In this document: positions 54,201-57,200 of the stretch, in pieces
Layout: the number at the start of each line of letters is the position of its first letter
Numbering within the stretch: the first letter of the stretch is position 1
NCBI GenBank assembly: GCA_030765585.1
Contig: JAVCCJ010000121.1
Coordinates: 7,233 to 71,232 of the forward strand
Reading direction: 5' to 3'
DNA from: Candidatus Zapsychrus exili
GTDB taxonomy: Bacteria; Omnitrophota; Gorgyraeia; Zapsychrales; Zapsychraceae
DNA: 64,000 nt
Made by a program: the position numbers and the translations under genes
Notes under the pieces: generated by a model
Database searches by the model: none
The model's input: only the letters and a program-made list of their open reading frames with translations
Told to the model about the DNA's origin: nothing

Positions 54201-57200
54201 TCACGTAGTGTGTCAAAAAGCCGAGCAATTGAAGTTAAGGCTGGTAGTAAAGCAGTAGTAGCAAAGCTTGTAAGAAACACTTTGGTCAGCATGATAGAGT
54301 ACTTCAAACAAGTTGCAGTAAGGGTTAAGTTGGCAATGAAGGTTCAGGATGATCGCACTGAAACAAGGTTACGTGAAAGCAGAACCACAACAGTAGCAAA
54401 AGCAGTAAACGTAACAAATGAAGCAGAAGTAAATGCAGTAAAAGCAATTGTCATAGAAGAAGCACAAGTAGTATCAGTAGCACAAGTAGCAAGTGCATCT
54501 AATGTTAAGGCTACCGTTGCGGAAGGATTGGAATCCGTATCTAGATCTGCATTATTAAGATCTATGATTAGCTCATCTGCCACAATGGCAGGAATTGTTC
54601 TATTCACAATTAGAGATGAAGTTACTCAAGGCGTTGGTGAACTTTACGCCCAAGTTGTATTTAGGGGTGTGAAAAATGTGTCATCTGAAACTAGTCTTGA
54701 ATATAATGACGCTCAAGGTGCGTCTAATATCAAGATAAGGATAGTAAGCCTTGCTAAGAACATATATAGAAGTCTTAGAGTGCGCGAAGAATCAGGAGAC
54801 GCGGAACCAGGGGCTTCACCAGTTTATAAGTTTGTCCCAACAATTAACACCCAAGGAAACCAAGCCCTGGGTGTGCCTGTATTCCTATCAGCGAATATCA
54901 TAACTATAGGATCATTAAATTCTATCCACTTCTTATTAGGGGCAGCTGCTATAGCTGTTATGCTTGCAATGTTAGCATATGCAATCTATAGAGGTGCGCC
55001 AAATACTATTCATGTAAATTCAATTAAATCAAACACAGATAACAGCCTTATAAATAAAGCACGTGCATATATACGCGCGCGAGTTACTTATAAGGCTGTT
55101 TTATTTGGTAGTTTAAACCATAACGAGTCACAAGCCACGGACTCCAAACAAGGAGGTACATTATGGTCTGCATCAATACAATCAATTCAAGAAGTTTTAG
55201 CAAAAATACAGAAGGCTTACAAATCACACATTTTGTCGAATATCCAAACTCAAGCTGCTTTATCGCAACCGCAAATAACAAAGACACGAATAGAACAAAA
55301 GTCTATCTTGTTGGACAAGATGAACGTATTTATGAACGCTGTGGACTTAAAAGCACTTGGAATGAGCTTCAAAGCGAAAACAAGCGATTTCTTACAAAGC
55401 TTGTTAAAGAAGCTTTCAGCAACGAAGATGTACCATGTTATACAGCTAATAGTTCAAGCATACTTAACTAAGAAAGAAGTAATAAAGAATAGTAATGAAG
55501 TGGAAGTCGTTAGTTCCGTGGCTGGAGGCTTCTCGGCTCCACTTCTTACTAAGCAATTTGTTGAACAAATTGCTAATAATGGGGAAGAAAAATATTTAGT
55601 ACAAGCTAGTAATGGAGTGGAAGTCGTTAGTTCCGTGGCTGGAGACTTTTTGACTACACTCCTTGCTGGCATAAACAGATTTAAAGTAGCATTTGCTACA
55701 GTAGCCATATTACTTTTAAATACAGCAGTTAAAGCGCAAAGTGCTATAGCTGATACAGCTGCCGTTGTTGTAGATTCCGTGGCTGGAGGTCTTAACACAA
55801 CGGCAGCTGTTACTGATTTAAGCAGCCCAACATCTGAATTTTTTGCTCAAATAGGCAATATTACATCAGAGAGTGTATTGATAATGATCGCAGCGGCATT
55901 AATCGCAAGTGTAGTTACATGGTTTGTTATATATGTTGCATCAAAGAAATTAGCAGTAAATATAAGTAGAAGCGGTGCTTTAACGTTAGGTTTTGCTGTG
56001 GCATTTTCAGGATTAAAATTGTTTACAATAGCAGCTCCTATAATTAAGGAAGTGTTTGCCACTACAACATCTTTAGGGATGTTAGAACATTTTGCAACAA
56101 TGGCACCAGTTGTGCTTATACCTGTTTTTGCATTAATGCTTGGAATTTCGCTTGTTGCTTGGAACATTCAAAGAATTTATAAGAGCAAGACAACAGCTAT
56201 AGCTTCGCCATACAATTTTAATACTCTTTCTAAGGCAGAAAAACAAGTTTATAAGAAGGAATTTAAGAAACAATATAAACCGCTTAGAATGAGTTTTAAA
56301 GAATTTGGTCGTTTTGTTTCAGCAAGAAGAGAAATTGTTATTTCTTTAACAGTTATTGGAGCAATTGTAGGTGTTTTAACAAGCACGTCTACTCTATTAA
56401 CAATGGTTTCAGCAGGTGTTCAAGGAGCTTTAGTAGGATTTGTTTCAGTGTATCTGTTATCAGTGCTTTGGAATTTCTTCTTTGGATATGTTTGGAAGAA
56501 CACACAATTTGTTGAGTTTGTTGAAGATAATAGAGGAAGATTTAGCTCAGATGAAACAATCATACAAGAAGTAAAGAATTTAGAAGAGAAGCTAAGTAAT
56601 ACAGGCGTTTTAGAAAATAGCATATATGTAATAAAAGATCTGTTGATTTCGCTGACACTAAGATTCCCAGTTACTGGAGGAATCATACAGTTTGTGATTG
56701 GTCGTGGTTTCTTAGCTTTAGCTGGAAGCTATGTAGCCGGACCAATCACTGCTTTAATCAGCCCTTCAATAACAACTACATCTATATTAGGTTTTTGGCC
56801 AGCTGTAGTAAGTTTCTTAAAAGGCATATACCTTGATACAACAATAGGCGGATTTATAAGATTAGCTCTTATGGTTATTTTCCTTAACCTTAAAAAGATA
56901 CCTGCTTATTACAATATGACGTTTAAATTGTTCACAGGTGAGGCAATTAATACATTTAATCTTAAGAGCCATTTAAGAGAACTTCATAAGAAGCTACCTT
57001 TACATATATTAGCAGCGTTTGTGTCAGTAGCTTCTATTGTTTTAGCCCCTGCTTTTGGTATTATTTATTTAGCTAATATATCAGCTGAAGCTAATGCACG
57101 GGATGTAAATAAATATGCAAAGGTTATTGGCGATATGGGTAAAGATTTTTGGGTTGGAATGTGGAACATGTGGTTAATCTCAATGGAAATTGGTCTTATC

